From the NCBI GenBank assembly GCA_017794705.1, contig CP051235.1, forward strand, positions 247,010 to 311,009: a stretch of DNA of 64,000 bases, given 5' to 3'. Made by a program: the position numbers and the translations under genes. Under the pieces are notes generated by a model, which did no database searches, had not been told where the DNA came from, and saw only the letters and a list, made by a program, of their open reading frames with translations. This DNA comes from Devosia sp. (lineage in GTDB: Bacteria > Pseudomonadota > Alphaproteobacteria > Rhizobiales > Devosiaceae). This document shows positions 30,431-41,007 of the stretch, in pieces. How positions within the stretch are numbered: position 1 is the first letter of the stretch; each line of letters begins with the position of its first letter.

Positions 30431-31282
30431 ATGATCATCGCACCGGATCAGAACTTCAGTTTCTTTCATATCCCGAAATGCGGAGGAACGTCTGTGCGCC
30501 GCGCACTGGCATTGCCGGAGACAGATGTCTGGCGCTGGTGGGGAGCGTTTGCGGCTGGTGATGGCACAAAACTGGATCTGGCACACATGACTCCATCTGT
30601 GTTGCGGACCTACTTCCCGCAAGAGTTTGAAAAGGCCGATCAAACCGAGCGCTACGCCATTATGCGCAATCCGGAGGACCGTCTGCTTTCCTCATTCAAT
30701 GAGCATCTGGTGAGTTTCCGGAACTCTTACGGTCTGGCGGGTTTGAAACCGAAGGCGCTTTTGGAAATGGCGGCCGAAGTGCAGGCTCGCCTTTCAAATG
30801 TGACCGACCCTTATCCGCTCGATCTTGTGCATTTTACGCCGCAGTCGTCTTACCTCGAGGACTTCGGCGCCCCGTACATTCCCAATATTTTCCGGATTGA
30901 CCAGCTTGATGAACTGCTTGCCGATATCGAGGTCCGATGCGGTATTGAAACGGCTGCCGTTGCGATTCATCGAGGGCGCAGGCCGGAATTGAAGGTTGCC
31001 GGGCCGGGATTTGCCAGGGCGGTGGGGCGTGCCAATGCTTTTGTCAGGGCACACTTGCCTCACCCGGTGTACAATGTTGCCAAATCGATCGGTGAATTTG
31101 CGCTGGCCAGTCCACGGAACGACGAGACATACGCCTGGTTCAAGGACAGCGACGTTTTTCAGCATCTGCTGACCACCATTTATGAAAGAGACGTGGCGCT
31201 TTGGCGTGAGTACGCGGAGGCGGCGCCGAAACAGAAGTTCAGTTCCTTTCGAGGCGAAGCGACGAACGAAGGTCTACAATGA
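30431..31282 (+). CDS. PAPS-dependent sulfotransferase family protein (Sulfotransfer_2-like)
   Basis: [12 protein letters not shown] is a 5'-PSB loop and [13 protein letters not shown] a 3'-PB motif. There is no signal peptide or TM segment. The start was chosen at M24 of the track ORF. The stop overlaps the pdhC start (ATGA). Confidence 0.65.
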   Translation: MIIAPDQNFSFFHIPKCGGTSVRRALALPETDVWRWWGAFAAGDGTKLDLAHMTPSVLRTYFPQEFEKADQTERYAIMRNPEDRLLSSFNEHLVSFRNSYGLAGLKPKALLEMAAEVQARLSNVTDPYPLDLVHFTPQSSYLEDFGAPYIPNIFRIDQLDELLADIEVRCGIETAAVAIHRGRRPELKVAGPGFARAVGRANAFVRAHLPHPVYNVAKSIGEFALASPRNDETYAWFKDSDVFQHLLTTIYERDVALWREYAEAAPKQKFSSFRGEATNEGLQ

Positions 31283-32604
31283 GCATCAATATCACCATGC
31301 CGGCCCTCAGCCCCACGATGGAAGAAGGCACGCTGGCCAAATGGCACGTCAAGGAGGGCGACAGCGTTGCTTCGGGTGACGTTATCGCCGAGATCGAGAC
31401 CGACAAGGCGACGATGGAAGTCGAGGCCGTCGACGAGGGGACGATTGGCAAGATTCTTGTCAGCGAAGGCTCCGAAGGCGTGAAGGTGAACGCCGTGATC
31501 GCCGTGCTGCTCGAAGAAGGCGAGGACGCCGGCGACATTGGTGATGTCGCGGCCAAGGCGCCAGAGAAGGCCGACAAGTCGAACAGTAAGGCGGAAGAAC
31601 CTGCAAACGAAGCCAAGAGCGAGGCGAAAGCTGCGCCGGCCAAAGAGCAGCAACCTGTGGAGAAGCCGAAAGAGGCGGCTTCTAGTGGAGAGCGGGTGTT
31701 TTCCTCACCTCTGGCACGACGGCTGGCCAAGGAAGCGGGTATCGAGCTTTCAGCCATTCCTGGCAGCGGGCCACACGGACGCGTGGTCAAGGCAGACGTT
31801 GAGAAGGCCAAGAAAGATGGTGTGCCAAGCAAGGCGGCGGGCGGACCGAAGCTCGCAGAAGGCATGGGCGGCGATGCGGTGCGCGGTCTCTATGAGGAAG
31901 ACGCCTACGAAACTGTTAAGCTCGACGGGATGCGCAAGACAGTGGCAGCGCGGCTGACCGAGGCAAAGCAGACCGTTCCGCACTTCTATCTGACGATGGA
32001 TTGCCAGTTGGATGCATTGCTGAAAGCCCGTGAGGAAATCAATGCGTCTGCGCCAAAGGACAAGGAAGGCAAGCCTGCCTACAAGCTTTCGGTGAACGAT
32101 TTCATCGTCAAGGCGTGGGCGATAGCGCTGCAAATGGTGCCGAGTGCCAATGCGACATGGGCGGGCGACTCGATATTGCTGCACAAGCATTCAGACGTTG
32201 CGGTCGCCGTGGCGGTGCCGGGCGGACTGTTTACGCCGGTGGTGCGTGGGGCTGAACTGAAATCGCTGCGGCAGATTTCTGCGGAGGTGCGCGACTTCGC
32301 GATCCGCGCCAAGTCCAAGAAATTGGCGCCGCACGAATATCAGGGTGGATCGACCGCGGTGTCCAATCTCGGCATGTACGGCGTCAAGGATTTCGCTGCC
32401 GTGATCAACCCGCCGCATGGCACAATCATTGCGATCGGCGTGGGCGAGGAACGGGTCTATCCCGACAAGGGCGAGATCAAGATCGGCACGTTCATGTCGG
32501 TAACGTTGAGCTGTGACCATCGTTCGGTCGACGGGGCGCTTGGGGCGGAATTGCTTGGCGTGTTCAAGCAGTTGATCGAACAGCCCGTGATGATGCTGGC
32601 CTGA
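31279..32604 (+). CDS. pdhC: pyruvate dehydrogenase E2 dihydrolipoamide acetyltransferase
   Basis: It has a lipoyl domain, a peripheral subunit-binding domain ([32 protein letters not shown]) and a catalytic domain with DHRSVDGA. Confidence 0.9.
   Translation: MSINITMPALSPTMEEGTLAKWHVKEGDSVASGDVIAEIETDKATMEVEAVDEGTIGKILVSEGSEGVKVNAVIAVLLEEGEDAGDIGDVAAKAPEKADKSNSKAEEPANEAKSEAKAAPAKEQQPVEKPKEAASSGERVFSSPLARRLAKEAGIELSAIPGSGPHGRVVKADVEKAKKDGVPSKAAGGPKLAEGMGGDAVRGLYEEDAYETVKLDGMRKTVAARLTEAKQTVPHFYLTMDCQLDALLKAREEINASAPKDKEGKPAYKLSVNDFIVKAWAIALQMVPSANATWAGDSILLHKHSDVAVAVAVPGGLFTPVVRGAELKSLRQISAEVRDFAIRAKSKKLAPHEYQGGSTAVSNLGMYGVKDFAAVINPPHGTIIAIGVGEERVYPDKGEIKIGTFMSVTLSCDHRSVDGALGAELLGVFKQLIEQPVMMLA
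31297..31524 (+). repeat. lipoyl-domain coding repeat, copy 2 (in pdhC)
   Basis: This is the partner of 28480..28707. The identical 38-mer lies at 31390..31427. Confidence 0.8.
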
Positions 32605-32615
32605 GGGACGCCGAG

Positions 32616-33266
32616 ATGAAATCCATTCTGTGTTTTGGCGACAGCCTGACTTTTGGGGCCGATCCAGAGGTGATGGGCAAGCGGCATGCGTTTGCCGACC
32701 GGTGGCCCTCGGCGCTTGAAGCGGGGCTGGGTGCGGACAAGGTGCGGGTGATTGCCGAGGGTCTTGGCGGGCGCACCACTGTGTTCGATGACTGGAATGC
32801 TGCCGCAGACCGGAACGGCGCGCGCATTTTGCCGACACTACTTGAAAGCCATTCGCCGCTTGATGCGATCATCATCATGCTGGGCACAAATGACATCAAA
32901 CCCTATCTGGGCCGCACGGCCGGCGAGGCGGGCCGCGGGATGGTGCGGCTCGGCCAGATCATCAAGGGGTTTTACCTGGCGCGGGGCGAGGCGGTGCCGC
33001 ACATCGTTTTCGTGTCGCCGCCGGAAATCTGCGACACGGACAATGTCGACATGATCACTCATTTCGGTGGCAAGGGAATCATCGAGGAATCAAAAAACTT
33101 CAAGTCGCACTATCGGCGCCGGGCAGAAGAGGTGGGCGCGCATTTCTTCGATGCCGCCTCCGTTGCCAAGGCCGACCCGGCGGATGGTGTGCACCTGGAT
33201 GCTGAGAACACGCAGGCGATCGGCACCGGACTGGTGCCTCTCTTGCAGAAGCTTCTGGCGCTTTGA
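32616..33266 (+). CDS. SGNH/GDSL hydrolase family protein (arylesterase-like)
   Basis: MKSILCFGDSLTFG is block I GDS. GTND (block III region) and DGVHL (block V DxxH) are also present. Confidence 0.8.
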   Translation: MKSILCFGDSLTFGADPEVMGKRHAFADRWPSALEAGLGADKVRVIAEGLGGRTTVFDDWNAAADRNGARILPTLLESHSPLDAIIIMLGTNDIKPYLGRTAGEAGRGMVRLGQIIKGFYLARGEAVPHIVFVSPPEICDTDNVDMITHFGGKGIIEESKNFKSHYRRRAEEVGAHFFDAASVAKADPADGVHLDAENTQAIGTGLVPLLQKLLAL

Positions 33267-33355
33267 AGGGATCGAGCTGCCCAGAGACTGACATGGATCA
33301 ATGAACGGGGCATTGCGTTGGGCATACATGTGGCGATCAAACCAAGGAGAGCCAA

Positions 33356-33595
33356 ATGACCCATACCCCACATTCATTGCGGACGGAGTTTCCCGAATAT
33401 GCCGACAAGATCAACGAGTTGAAGGAAAACGACAGCACCTTTGCCAAGCTTTTTGATCGCTACGACGAGGTCAACCACAACATTCACCGGGCCGAAACCG
33501 ACATTGAACCGGTTTCGGACGACTACATGGAAGCCATGCGCGAGCAGCGGGTGGCTTTGAAAGACAAGCTATACGCCATGATGAAGGCCAGTTAG
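33356..33595 (+). CDS. YdcH/DUF465 family protein
   Basis: 79 aa: FPEYADKINELKENDSTFAKLFDRYDEVNHNIHRAE is the DUF465 pattern. RBS AAGGAGA. Confidence 0.7.
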   Translation: MTHTPHSLRTEFPEYADKINELKENDSTFAKLFDRYDEVNHNIHRAETDIEPVSDDYMEAMREQRVALKDKLYAMMKAS

Positions 33596-33625
33596 GCACG
33601 GCATGGCGGCGACAACGAGGACTTC

Positions 33626-35065
33626 ATGGCAGAAACCTACGACCTGATTGTCATCGGCTCCGGCCCGGGCGGCTATATCGCGGCGATCCGGGCCGCCCAA
33701 CTGGGGTTGAAAACCGCCATCGTCGAACGCGAACATATGGGGGGCATTTGCCTGAACTGGGGGTGCATCCCCACAAAGGCATTGCTCCGCTCGGCCGAAG
33801 TCTATTCGCACATGGTTCATGCCGCGGATTACGGATTGAAGGCTGGCGACTATTCAGCGGACGTCGAAGCGGTGGTGAAGCGGTCCCGCGGCGTCACCCA
33901 GCAGATGTCGAATGGTGTCGGCTTTCTGATGAAGAAGAACAAGGTCGACGTCATCTGGGGCGAGGCCGAGATCACCAAGGTGGGTGAAGTCAAGGTTTCC
34001 GAGACCAAGAAGCCGGTGGTCGAGCCGCAGAATCCGAAACCGAAGGGCGTTTTGCCCGCAGGGACCTACAAGGCCAAAAACATCATCGTGGCGACTGGTG
34101 CCCGGCCGCGCGTGCTGCCCGGCATCGAGCCGGATGGCGAGAAGATCTGGACCTATTTCGAGGCCATGAAGCCCTCCAGCCTGCCGAAAAGCATGGTGGT
34201 GATGGGGTCGGGTGCCATCGGGATCGAGTTTGCATCGTTTTATCGGGCACTGGGTACCGAGGTCACGGTGGTTGAACTGTTGCCGCAGATCATGCCGGTC
34301 GAGGATGCGGAGATTGCGGCCCAGGCGCGCAAGCGTTTTGAAAAACGCGGCATCCGCATTCTGACCGACACCAAGGTGTCCAAGGTCGAAAAGACCAAGT
34401 CCGGTGTGGTGGCGCACGTTGAACCGGCGAAGGGAAAGCCTGAAAAAATCGAAGCCGAGGTGCTGATCTCCGCGGTCGGCGTGCAAGGCAATATCGAGGG
34501 GCTTGGACTGGAGAAGCTGGGCGTCAAGACAGACCGTGGCTGTGTCAGCGTGGATGGACACGGGCGCACCAATGTAGACGGTATCTTTGCGATCGGCGAC
34601 GTGGCCGGTCCGCCAATGCTGGCGCACAAGGCTGAACATGAGGGCGTGGTCTGTGTGGAAACCATCGCCGGTCGGAAAGTGCACGGGCTCGACAAATCGA
34701 AGATTCCCGGATGCACCTACTGCGAGCCGCAAGTCGCCAGCGTCGGGCTGACCGAGGCAAAAGCCAAGGAAGCCGGCCGGGACATCAAGGTTGGCCGGTT
34801 CCCGTTCATCGGCAATGGCAAGGCGGTTGCGCTGGGGGAACCCGACGGTTTGGTCAAGACGATCTTCGACGCCAAGACGGGCGAGCTGCTGGGCGCCCAC
34901 ATGGTGGGCGCGGAAGTCACTGAGCTTATCCAGGGTTTCGTTGTGGCCATGAACCTGGAAACAACCGAGGAAGAATTGATGCATACGATCTTCCCACATC
35001 CCACGCTGAGCGAGAGCATGAAGGAAAGCGTCCTTGACGCTTACGGCCGGGCACTCAACATATAG
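33626..35065 (+). CDS. lpdA: dihydrolipoyl dehydrogenase (E3)
   Basis: YDLIVIGSGPGGY..GGICLNWGCIPTK is the redox-active disulfide, and the C-terminal HPTLSE motif is present. Confidence 0.9.
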   Translation: MAETYDLIVIGSGPGGYIAAIRAAQLGLKTAIVEREHMGGICLNWGCIPTKALLRSAEVYSHMVHAADYGLKAGDYSADVEAVVKRSRGVTQQMSNGVGFLMKKNKVDVIWGEAEITKVGEVKVSETKKPVVEPQNPKPKGVLPAGTYKAKNIIVATGARPRVLPGIEPDGEKIWTYFEAMKPSSLPKSMVVMGSGAIGIEFASFYRALGTEVTVVELLPQIMPVEDAEIAAQARKRFEKRGIRILTDTKVSKVEKTKSGVVAHVEPAKGKPEKIEAEVLISAVGVQGNIEGLGLEKLGVKTDRGCVSVDGHGRTNVDGIFAIGDVAGPPMLAHKAEHEGVVCVETIAGRKVHGLDKSKIPGCTYCEPQVASVGLTEAKAKEAGRDIKVGRFPFIGNGKAVALGEPDGLVKTIFDAKTGELLGAHMVGAEVTELIQGFVVAMNLETTEEELMHTIFPHPTLSESMKESVLDAYGRALNI

Positions 35066-35089
35066 GGCAAATCTTGAGGAGAGGTTCCC

Positions 35090-35338
35090 ATGGTAGGTTT
35101 CATAATCGCATTGATCATCGGCGGCATTGCCGGGGCGATTGCTGCCCGGTTGATGAACGCCGACTTCGGACTGGTGATGAATGTCATTCTCGGCATTGCC
35201 GGTGCGTTCATCTTCAACATCGTGGTCTTCATCGTGTTCGGCATTGGCGGCGGCAATATCCTGTGGCAGTTGCTCGCCGGTGTGATTGGCGCTTGCGCGC
35301 TGATCTGGGGTTACCGTCAATACAAGCAACGTTCCTGA
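35090..35338 (+). CDS. GlsB/YeaQ/YmgE family (transglycosylase-associated) small membrane protein
   Basis: MVGFIIALIIGGIAGAIAARLM..ILGIAGAFI is the typical three-TM 82-aa family member. Confidence 0.75.
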   Translation: MVGFIIALIIGGIAGAIAARLMNADFGLVMNVILGIAGAFIFNIVVFIVFGIGGGNILWQLLAGVIGACALIWGYRQYKQRS

Positions 35339-35351
35339 CGGGGAAACAAAC

Positions 35352-35591
35352 ATGACACCCGCCCGCAAGGTGTTCTTTGGCGTTTTGGGCGCCGCTGTGA
35401 TTCTGGGCCTGCTGATGGGGCTCCTGAACGTCGTAGCTCCGGACGCTTCGTCGGTCAGCATGAACGGCGAGGAACTGGAAGGTTGGGGCTCGGTGCCCGT
35501 TGCCATGGGTATCTGGGGTGTGATGGGGCTTATCTTCGGGCTGATTGCCGCCGGCATTACGGCATTGTTCACGCGAAAGAAAAAGGCCTGA
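35352..35591 (+). CDS. hypothetical small membrane protein (two predicted TM helices)
   Basis: 79 aa with hydrophobic stretches [18 protein letters not shown] and [22 protein letters not shown] and a basic tail RKKKA. I recognise no family. Coding status rests on the ORF and the TM pattern only. Confidence 0.45.
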   Translation: MTPARKVFFGVLGAAVILGLLMGLLNVVAPDASSVSMNGEELEGWGSVPVAMGIWGVMGLIFGLIAAGITALFTRKKKA

Positions 35592-35622
35592 GCGCAACGC
35601 GACAGGCCCAAGGCAAGTTTTG

Positions 35623-36582
35623 ATGGTCACTTTGATCGACACCGCGCCTGAGGCGCGCCCGCGGCATCCCGAAAAGGCCAACCGGCCGGACACGGAAGTG
35701 TTGCGCAAGCCGGACTGGATCCGGGTCAAGGCGCCGGGCTCGAAGGTCTACAATGAGACGCGCGAGATTGTGCGCGAGAACAATCTGGTGACCGTGTGCG
35801 AAGAGGCGGGCTGCCCCAATATCGGGGAATGCTGGTCCAAGAAGCACGCGACCATGATGATCATGGGCGAGGTTTGCACGCGGGCCTGCGCGTTCTGCAA
35901 CGTACGTACCGGGCTGCCGGATGCGCTCGACCCCCAAGAGCCTGAGAATGTGGCCAATGCCGTCGAAAAACTTGGGCTGAACCACGTGGTGATCACCTCG
36001 GTTGACCGGGACGATCTGCCCGATGGCGGCGCGCAGCATTTTGCCGACGTAATCAAGGCGATCCGGGCGCGTTGCCCGGGGACCACGATCGAAATCCTGA
36101 CGCCGGACTTTTTGCGCAAGGAGGGTGCGCTCGAGGTGGTGGTTGCGGCCAAGCCGGATGTGTTCAACCACAATCTTGAAACCGTGCCGTCAAAATATCT
36201 CAAGGTGCGGCCCGGCGCGCGTTACTTTCATTCGATCCGGCTGCTGCAACGGGTCAAGGAACTGGACCCGCAGATGTTCACCAAGTCCGGCATCATGGTC
36301 GGGCTGGGTGAGGAGCGCAACGAAGTGTTGCAGCTGATGGATGACCTGCGCTCGGCGGACGTGGATTTTCTGACCATCGGGCAGTATCTGCAGCCAACGC
36401 GCAAGCACCACGAGATCGTGCGCTTCGTGACGCCGGAAGAGTTCAAGGGCTTTGAGACCACGGCCTTCGCGAAAGGGTTCCTGATGGTGTCTTCCAGCCC
36501 GCTGACCCGGTCTTCGCACCACGCGGGTGAAGATTTCGAGAGGTTGCGCGCGGCACGTCAGAGCCGTGTTGGTGCGGCCTGA
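35623..36582 (+). CDS. lipA: lipoyl synthase
   Basis: [32 protein letters not shown] carries both LipA Fe-S cysteine motifs. The start is at M27 of the track ORF. Confidence 0.9.
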   Translation: MVTLIDTAPEARPRHPEKANRPDTEVLRKPDWIRVKAPGSKVYNETREIVRENNLVTVCEEAGCPNIGECWSKKHATMMIMGEVCTRACAFCNVRTGLPDALDPQEPENVANAVEKLGLNHVVITSVDRDDLPDGGAQHFADVIKAIRARCPGTTIEILTPDFLRKEGALEVVVAAKPDVFNHNLETVPSKYLKVRPGARYFHSIRLLQRVKELDPQMFTKSGIMVGLGEERNEVLQLMDDLRSADVDFLTIGQYLQPTRKHHEIVRFVTPEEFKGFETTAFAKGFLMVSSSPLTRSSHHAGEDFERLRAARQSRVGAA

Positions 36583-36598
36583 AGATCGACCGTTCCTG

Positions 36599-37033
36599 AT
36601 GCCGAAACTTCATTTCAAACGCCGCGTGGACCACACGCCGGAACAAATGCTTGCGCTCGTGGCGGATGTGGCGGCTTACCCGCAATTCGTGCCGAACTGC
36701 ACGAATATGGAACTGAAAAAGGGTGCAAGCCCTGACCGGTTTGATGCCCGCATGCATCTTCGGTTTGGGCCGTTCACGCAGGCCTATACCAGCCGGGTGG
36801 ACGTCAATCGCGACGCGGGCACTGTGACCGCTGAAGCGGTGGACGGGCCATTCTCGCATCTCGACAGCATCTGGCGGTTTGTGCCGGATGGACCAGGTGC
36901 CGAGATCAGTTTCGAGATTGACTTCAACATTGCCAATCCGCTGCTGGCCGCGGCCGCGGAGCCGGCCTTTGCGGCCAAACAGGGCGAAATCGTTGAAGCC
37001 TTCGTCAACAGGGCCGATCAGATTTACGGCTGA
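36599..37033 (+). CDS. SRPBCC/RatA (COQ10-like START domain) family protein
   Basis: MPKLHFKRRVDHTPEQMLALVADVAAYPQFVPNC is a polyketide_cyc2/RatA-type N-terminus. The lipA-adjacent position is conserved in alphaproteobacteria. Confidence 0.7.
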   Translation: MPKLHFKRRVDHTPEQMLALVADVAAYPQFVPNCTNMELKKGASPDRFDARMHLRFGPFTQAYTSRVDVNRDAGTVTAEAVDGPFSHLDSIWRFVPDGPGAEISFEIDFNIANPLLAAAAEPAFAAKQGEIVEAFVNRADQIYG

Positions 37034-37524
37034 TCCGCTACGACCTGAAGGATCAACTCGAGCGCCTGTTCCACAGTTGCAAGACGAATGGCGTCCCGGC
37101 CGAGGTCACCGAATTCACGGCGCAGATGCGTGGTTTCGCACTTGGTGGCGCAGGCAAAATGGACCAGGCCAACGGGCTTTTCCGGTGAACCGCCCCCGGG
37201 ACCCGCTACACCAGTGACTGCAACGGCGATGTCCACATCGGCCGACTTGAGGGCGCCTTCGGCCATGGCTCGTGCTGTTTGTTCCGATACAGCGCCGAAA
37301 TTGGCGAGTGTTGATGCCGGAACGCCGGTCATGTCCTGCTTGGCGCGATTGGCATAGGTGACGAAACCGCCGTGGACCGCGGTGGAGGAGCCGGAAATCT
37401 CGGTGAGGGCGCCGGCAATCAATCCGCCCGTGCAGCTTTCGGCCATGACGAGCATCATGCCGCGTTTGGTCAATTCATTGATGACTTCGGCGGCAAGCGT
37501 TTCTGTCGAGGCCGGGAAGATCAT
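37024..37524 (-). CDS. CinA family nicotinamide-nucleotide amidohydrolase (PncC domain)
   Basis: AESCTGGLIAGALTEISGSS..VAVTGVAGPGGG are CinA C-terminal domain motifs. Confidence 0.75.
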   Translation of the reverse strand: MIFPASTETLAAEVINELTKRGMMLVMAESCTGGLIAGALTEISGSSTAVHGGFVTYANRAKQDMTGVPASTLANFGAVSEQTARAMAEGALKSADVDIAVAVTGVAGPGGGSPEKPVGLVHFACATKCETTHLRREFGDLGRDAIRLATVEQALELILQVVADQP

Positions 37525-38708
37525 GGCTGCCGCGGCAGTTCGATGGTGGCCGTGCCCTGGGCGAGGAGACCCTCTCCGCGCCCGACGAAGCCCATTTTTT
37601 CAGCGGTGGTCGCCTTCACCGACACGCGGGAGACGTCGATCGCGCAAATTTCGGCGATGTTTTGGCGCATCTGATGAGAAACGGGTCCGATCTTTGGGGC
37701 CTCGCACATGAGAGTTAGGTCGAGATGAACGATGCGGCCACCACGCTCGGCCACGCGTTCAGCGGCGAATTGCAGGAAGGTGCGGGACGGTTCGCCCTTC
37801 CAGCGTTGATCGCTTGGTGGGAAATGTTGACCGATGTCGCCTTCGGCCAGGGCGCCGAGCAGCGCGTCCGTGAGCACATGCAGTGCGGCGTCGGCATCGG
37901 AATGACCGGACAGGCGGGCCGTGTGCGGAATGTCCACCTCCGCAAGCCGAACCTTGTCGCCAGGTTCGAACCGGTGGATATCGAGGCCGGTGCCGGTACG
38001 TGTTTCCATCAATCTTCCACTTCCCAGCCAGTGTTCGGCCAAAGCAAAGTCCTCCGGTCGGGTCACCTTCAGATTTCGCGGATGACCCTGCACCAGCTTT
38101 ACCTCAAATCCCTTCCATTCGGCGATGGCTGCGTCGTCGGTAAACTCCTGGTCATGTGTCGCCGCCGCCCGGTGCGCATCAAGGATGGACTTGAAGTCAA
38201 AGCCTTGTGGGGTTTGTGCGGCCCAAAGCACGGCGCGGTCCAGAGTGCCAGCCGCGAATGCGCCATCGCTTGACCGTTTTATTGTGTCGGTGACAGGGAC
38301 AACGGGAAGCGCAGCCTTACTGTCGACCAGGGCGTTGAGAACGTTTTCAATCACCTGGGCTGGAACGAGGGGACGGGCGGCATCGTGAATGAGAACGAGA
38401 TCCGGAGTATGCGGCTCAAGTGCGAGCAGACCGTTCAGAACCGAGCCTTGCCGGGACGCAGCGCCCGTTGCCGGGGAAAGCAGCTTACCGGATGTGAGGT
38501 TCAATGCTGAATAGAACGCGCCATGGTCCCGGCCGATTACCGGCAGGATCAAGTCAACGGCGTCGTGCATGTCAAAGGCGGCGACGGAACGGGATAGCAA
38601 TGGGATGCAGGCCAGAGGCACATACTGCTTGGGCACCCCTGTTGGGCCGGTAGTGGCGCGCACGCCTTGCCCTGCCGCCACAATGATCACCGCGACCTTT
38701 TTGCTCAA
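37521..38708 (-). CDS. ispDF: bifunctional 2-C-methyl-D-erythritol 4-phosphate cytidylyltransferase / MECDP synthase
   Basis: N-terminal IspD (VAVIIVAAGQGVR) is fused to C-terminal IspF (GTGLDIHRF..GHSDADAALH). Confidence 0.9.
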   Translation of the reverse strand: MSKKVAVIIVAAGQGVRATTGPTGVPKQYVPLACIPLLSRSVAAFDMHDAVDLILPVIGRDHGAFYSALNLTSGKLLSPATGAASRQGSVLNGLLALEPHTPDLVLIHDAARPLVPAQVIENVLNALVDSKAALPVVPVTDTIKRSSDGAFAAGTLDRAVLWAAQTPQGFDFKSILDAHRAAATHDQEFTDDAAIAEWKGFEVKLVQGHPRNLKVTRPEDFALAEHWLGSGRLMETRTGTGLDIHRFEPGDKVRLAEVDIPHTARLSGHSDADAALHVLTDALLGALAEGDIGQHFPPSDQRWKGEPSRTFLQFAAERVAERGGRIVHLDLTLMCEAPKIGPVSHQMRQNIAEICAIDVSRVSVKATTAEKMGFVGRGEGLLAQGTATIELPRQP

Positions 38709-38878
38709 TGCGTTGCCTATCCTTTGTGCTAATCAGCTTGAGTGACTTAGCATTTTGTCCGGCGCGGGCAAGAGTGGACTGTCACAAACGCGCGCAAGCT
38801 CGTGTGACCATTGCAAAAAACAGGGGCTTGTCTATTGTGCGGGCAGACTTGTGCGGACTGCACAAAATTGGAGCATTG

Positions 38879-39883
38879 GTGAGCGAATTGACACCGAAAC
38901 TGCGTATCGGGGACGTCGCGACAGAGGGGCGAGCCTTTCTGGCGCCTATGGCGGGCATTACGGATGCGCCGTTTCGCAGTATCGCTGAGGAATTTGGCGC
39001 GGGCCTCGTCGTTTCCGAGATGATCGCCAGCGCCGCGCTCAGCACCGGACTGACCGAAATGGTCCGCAAGCTGCGCAAGCAGGGCGGTCGGTTGCCGCAT
39101 GTCGTGCAATTGGCGGGCTGCGAGGCCAAGTGGATGGTTCGTGGGGCGCGATTGGCAGCGGAAGCCGGTGCGGACGTGATCGACATCAACCTGGGGTGCC
39201 CTTCAAAGAGGGTGACCAACGGATACGCGGGTTCGGCGCTTATGCGTGTGCCGGATCAAGCGCTTGCGCTGATCGAGGCAGTGATCAAGGCGACCGATCT
39301 GCCGGTGACCGTCAAGATGCGGCTGGGCTGGGACGACACAATGTTGAATGCCGCCCAGATCGCCAAATCTGCAGAAGATGCCGGCGTGCTGATGGTGACC
39401 GTGCATGGGCGCACGCGTCAGCAGTTTTACAAAGGGGAGGCCCGCTGGACGCCAGTGCGTGAAGTGGTCGAGGCAGTCAACATTCCGGTCGTCGTCAATG
39501 GCGACATAGTTGATGTATCGACGGCCAAAGAGGCTCTCAGGCTTTCCGGTGCGGCTGCCGTCATGATCGGTCGCGGTGCGCAAGGGCAGCCCTGGCTGGT
39601 GGGGCAGATCAATGCCGAATTGGGCGGCCATCGTCCTCCGGCTGCGCCGACCGGCCGGGCTCTGCGTGATATGGTTCTTCGACATCATGAAGCGATGATG
39701 GTCGCGTACGGGTCTGAGTTGGGTCCTCGTGTCGCCCGCAAGCATCTGGACTGGTACCTTGCGGCCAATGACATCGCGGTGAGCGCTGCGGACCGCAAGG
39801 CGCTTCTGACAGAGCAGGACGCGGGGAGGGCCCAAGACCTGATCGCCGGGATTTTTGCCACAGAGTGCAAGGTGGCAGCATGA
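38879..39883 (+). CDS. dusB: tRNA dihydrouridine synthase B (NifR3 family)
   Basis: [31 protein letters not shown] at 38879 lies 5 nt after GGAG. The longer track ORF would overlap the ispDF start region. Confidence 0.85.
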   Translation: MSELTPKLRIGDVATEGRAFLAPMAGITDAPFRSIAEEFGAGLVVSEMIASAALSTGLTEMVRKLRKQGGRLPHVVQLAGCEAKWMVRGARLAAEAGADVIDINLGCPSKRVTNGYAGSALMRVPDQALALIEAVIKATDLPVTVKMRLGWDDTMLNAAQIAKSAEDAGVLMVTVHGRTRQQFYKGEARWTPVREVVEAVNIPVVVNGDIVDVSTAKEALRLSGAAAVMIGRGAQGQPWLVGQINAELGGHRPPAAPTGRALRDMVLRHHEAMMVAYGSELGPRVARKHLDWYLAANDIAVSAADRKALLTEQDAGRAQDLIAGIFATECKVAA

Positions 39884-41007
39884 ATATTGCGCAGCTTCCT
39901 GCCATGCAGGCCGCAATCTTGCAGGCGCTTCAGCAACCGGTTGTGGTTTGCGACGCGGACGGGCAGTTCGTTTGGGCCAACTATGCGGCGGAGACCTTCT
40001 TCGGTGTTTCATCAAACGTGATGTCGCGGCAAAAACTCGGGGACTTCATCCCGTTCGGGTCGCCCGTTCTGTCACTGCTCGAGACTGTCAGCACGCGACG
40101 GGCACCGATGACCGAGTACCGCGTTCGGATCGGGACATCGCGCATGGGCGAGGAAAAGATCACTGATGCGTATGCCAGCCCCATTCCGGAAATGGATGGG
40201 CTGGTGGCGCTGATGTTTCAGGAACGCACCATGGCGGACAAGATCGACCGTCAACTGGTGTCGCGTGGCGCGGCGCGGTCCGTGACAGGGCTTGCGGCGA
40301 TGCTCGCGCACGAGATCAAGAACCCGCTATCCGGCATTCGCGGCGCGGCGCAACTGCTCGAGCAGACTGCAGAGGATGATGAGTCACAGCTGACCCGGCT
40401 GATCCGCGACGAGACCGACCGCATCGTCAAGATGCTGGACCGGGTTGAAGTGTTTGGTGATGACCGGCCGGTGGATCGTGAGCCGACCAACATTCACGTT
40501 GTGCTGGACCGGGTGAAGCTGATTGCCCGGAACGGCGTGGCCAAGTCAGTCACCATCAGCGAGGACTATGATCCGTCGTTGCCACCCGTCTTTGGCAACA
40601 GCGATCAGTTGATTCAGGTCTTCCTCAACCTGGTGAAGAACGCAGCGGAAGCTCTTGAAGCGACAGCGAAACCCGAGATCAGGATTTCGACGGCCTTCCG
40701 GCCGGGCATCAAGATATCTGTGCCGGGAACGGCAGAACGCATTTCGCTGCCGCTGGAGATCAGTGTCGAGGATAACGGGCCGGGCGTGAGCCATGACATC
40801 CTGCCGTTCCTGTTCGATCCATTTGTCACAACGAAGTCGAGCGGGTCCGGGCTGGGGTTGGCGCTTGTGGCCAAAATTGTTGGTGACCACGGGGGCGTCA
40901 TCGAGTGCGATAGTCAGCCGGGCAAGACGCGGTTCCGGATTCTGCTGCCGATTGCCGATCGCGGGGCCAAGACCCATGACGATGTCGATGAGGTGCATAC
41001 CCCATGA
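39880..41007 (+). CDS. ntrB: nitrogen regulation sensor histidine kinase NtrB
   Basis: It has a PAS domain, an H-box ([19 protein letters not shown]) and N/G boxes. The ATG overlaps the dusB stop (ATGA). Confidence 0.85.
   Translation: MNIAQLPAMQAAILQALQQPVVVCDADGQFVWANYAAETFFGVSSNVMSRQKLGDFIPFGSPVLSLLETVSTRRAPMTEYRVRIGTSRMGEEKITDAYASPIPEMDGLVALMFQERTMADKIDRQLVSRGAARSVTGLAAMLAHEIKNPLSGIRGAAQLLEQTAEDDESQLTRLIRDETDRIVKMLDRVEVFGDDRPVDREPTNIHVVLDRVKLIARNGVAKSVTISEDYDPSLPPVFGNSDQLIQVFLNLVKNAAEALEATAKPEIRISTAFRPGIKISVPGTAERISLPLEISVEDNGPGVSHDILPFLFDPFVTTKSSGSGLGLALVAKIVGDHGGVIECDSQPGKTRFRILLPIADRGAKTHDDVDEVHTP

Noticed and set aside
33854-35611. 585-aa minus-strand ORF opposite lpdA and the small membrane genes
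   Set aside because: It is antisense to a canonical dihydrolipoyl dehydrogenase. Its composition is Arg/His/Gly-rich and repetitive. This is a high-GC antisense artefact.
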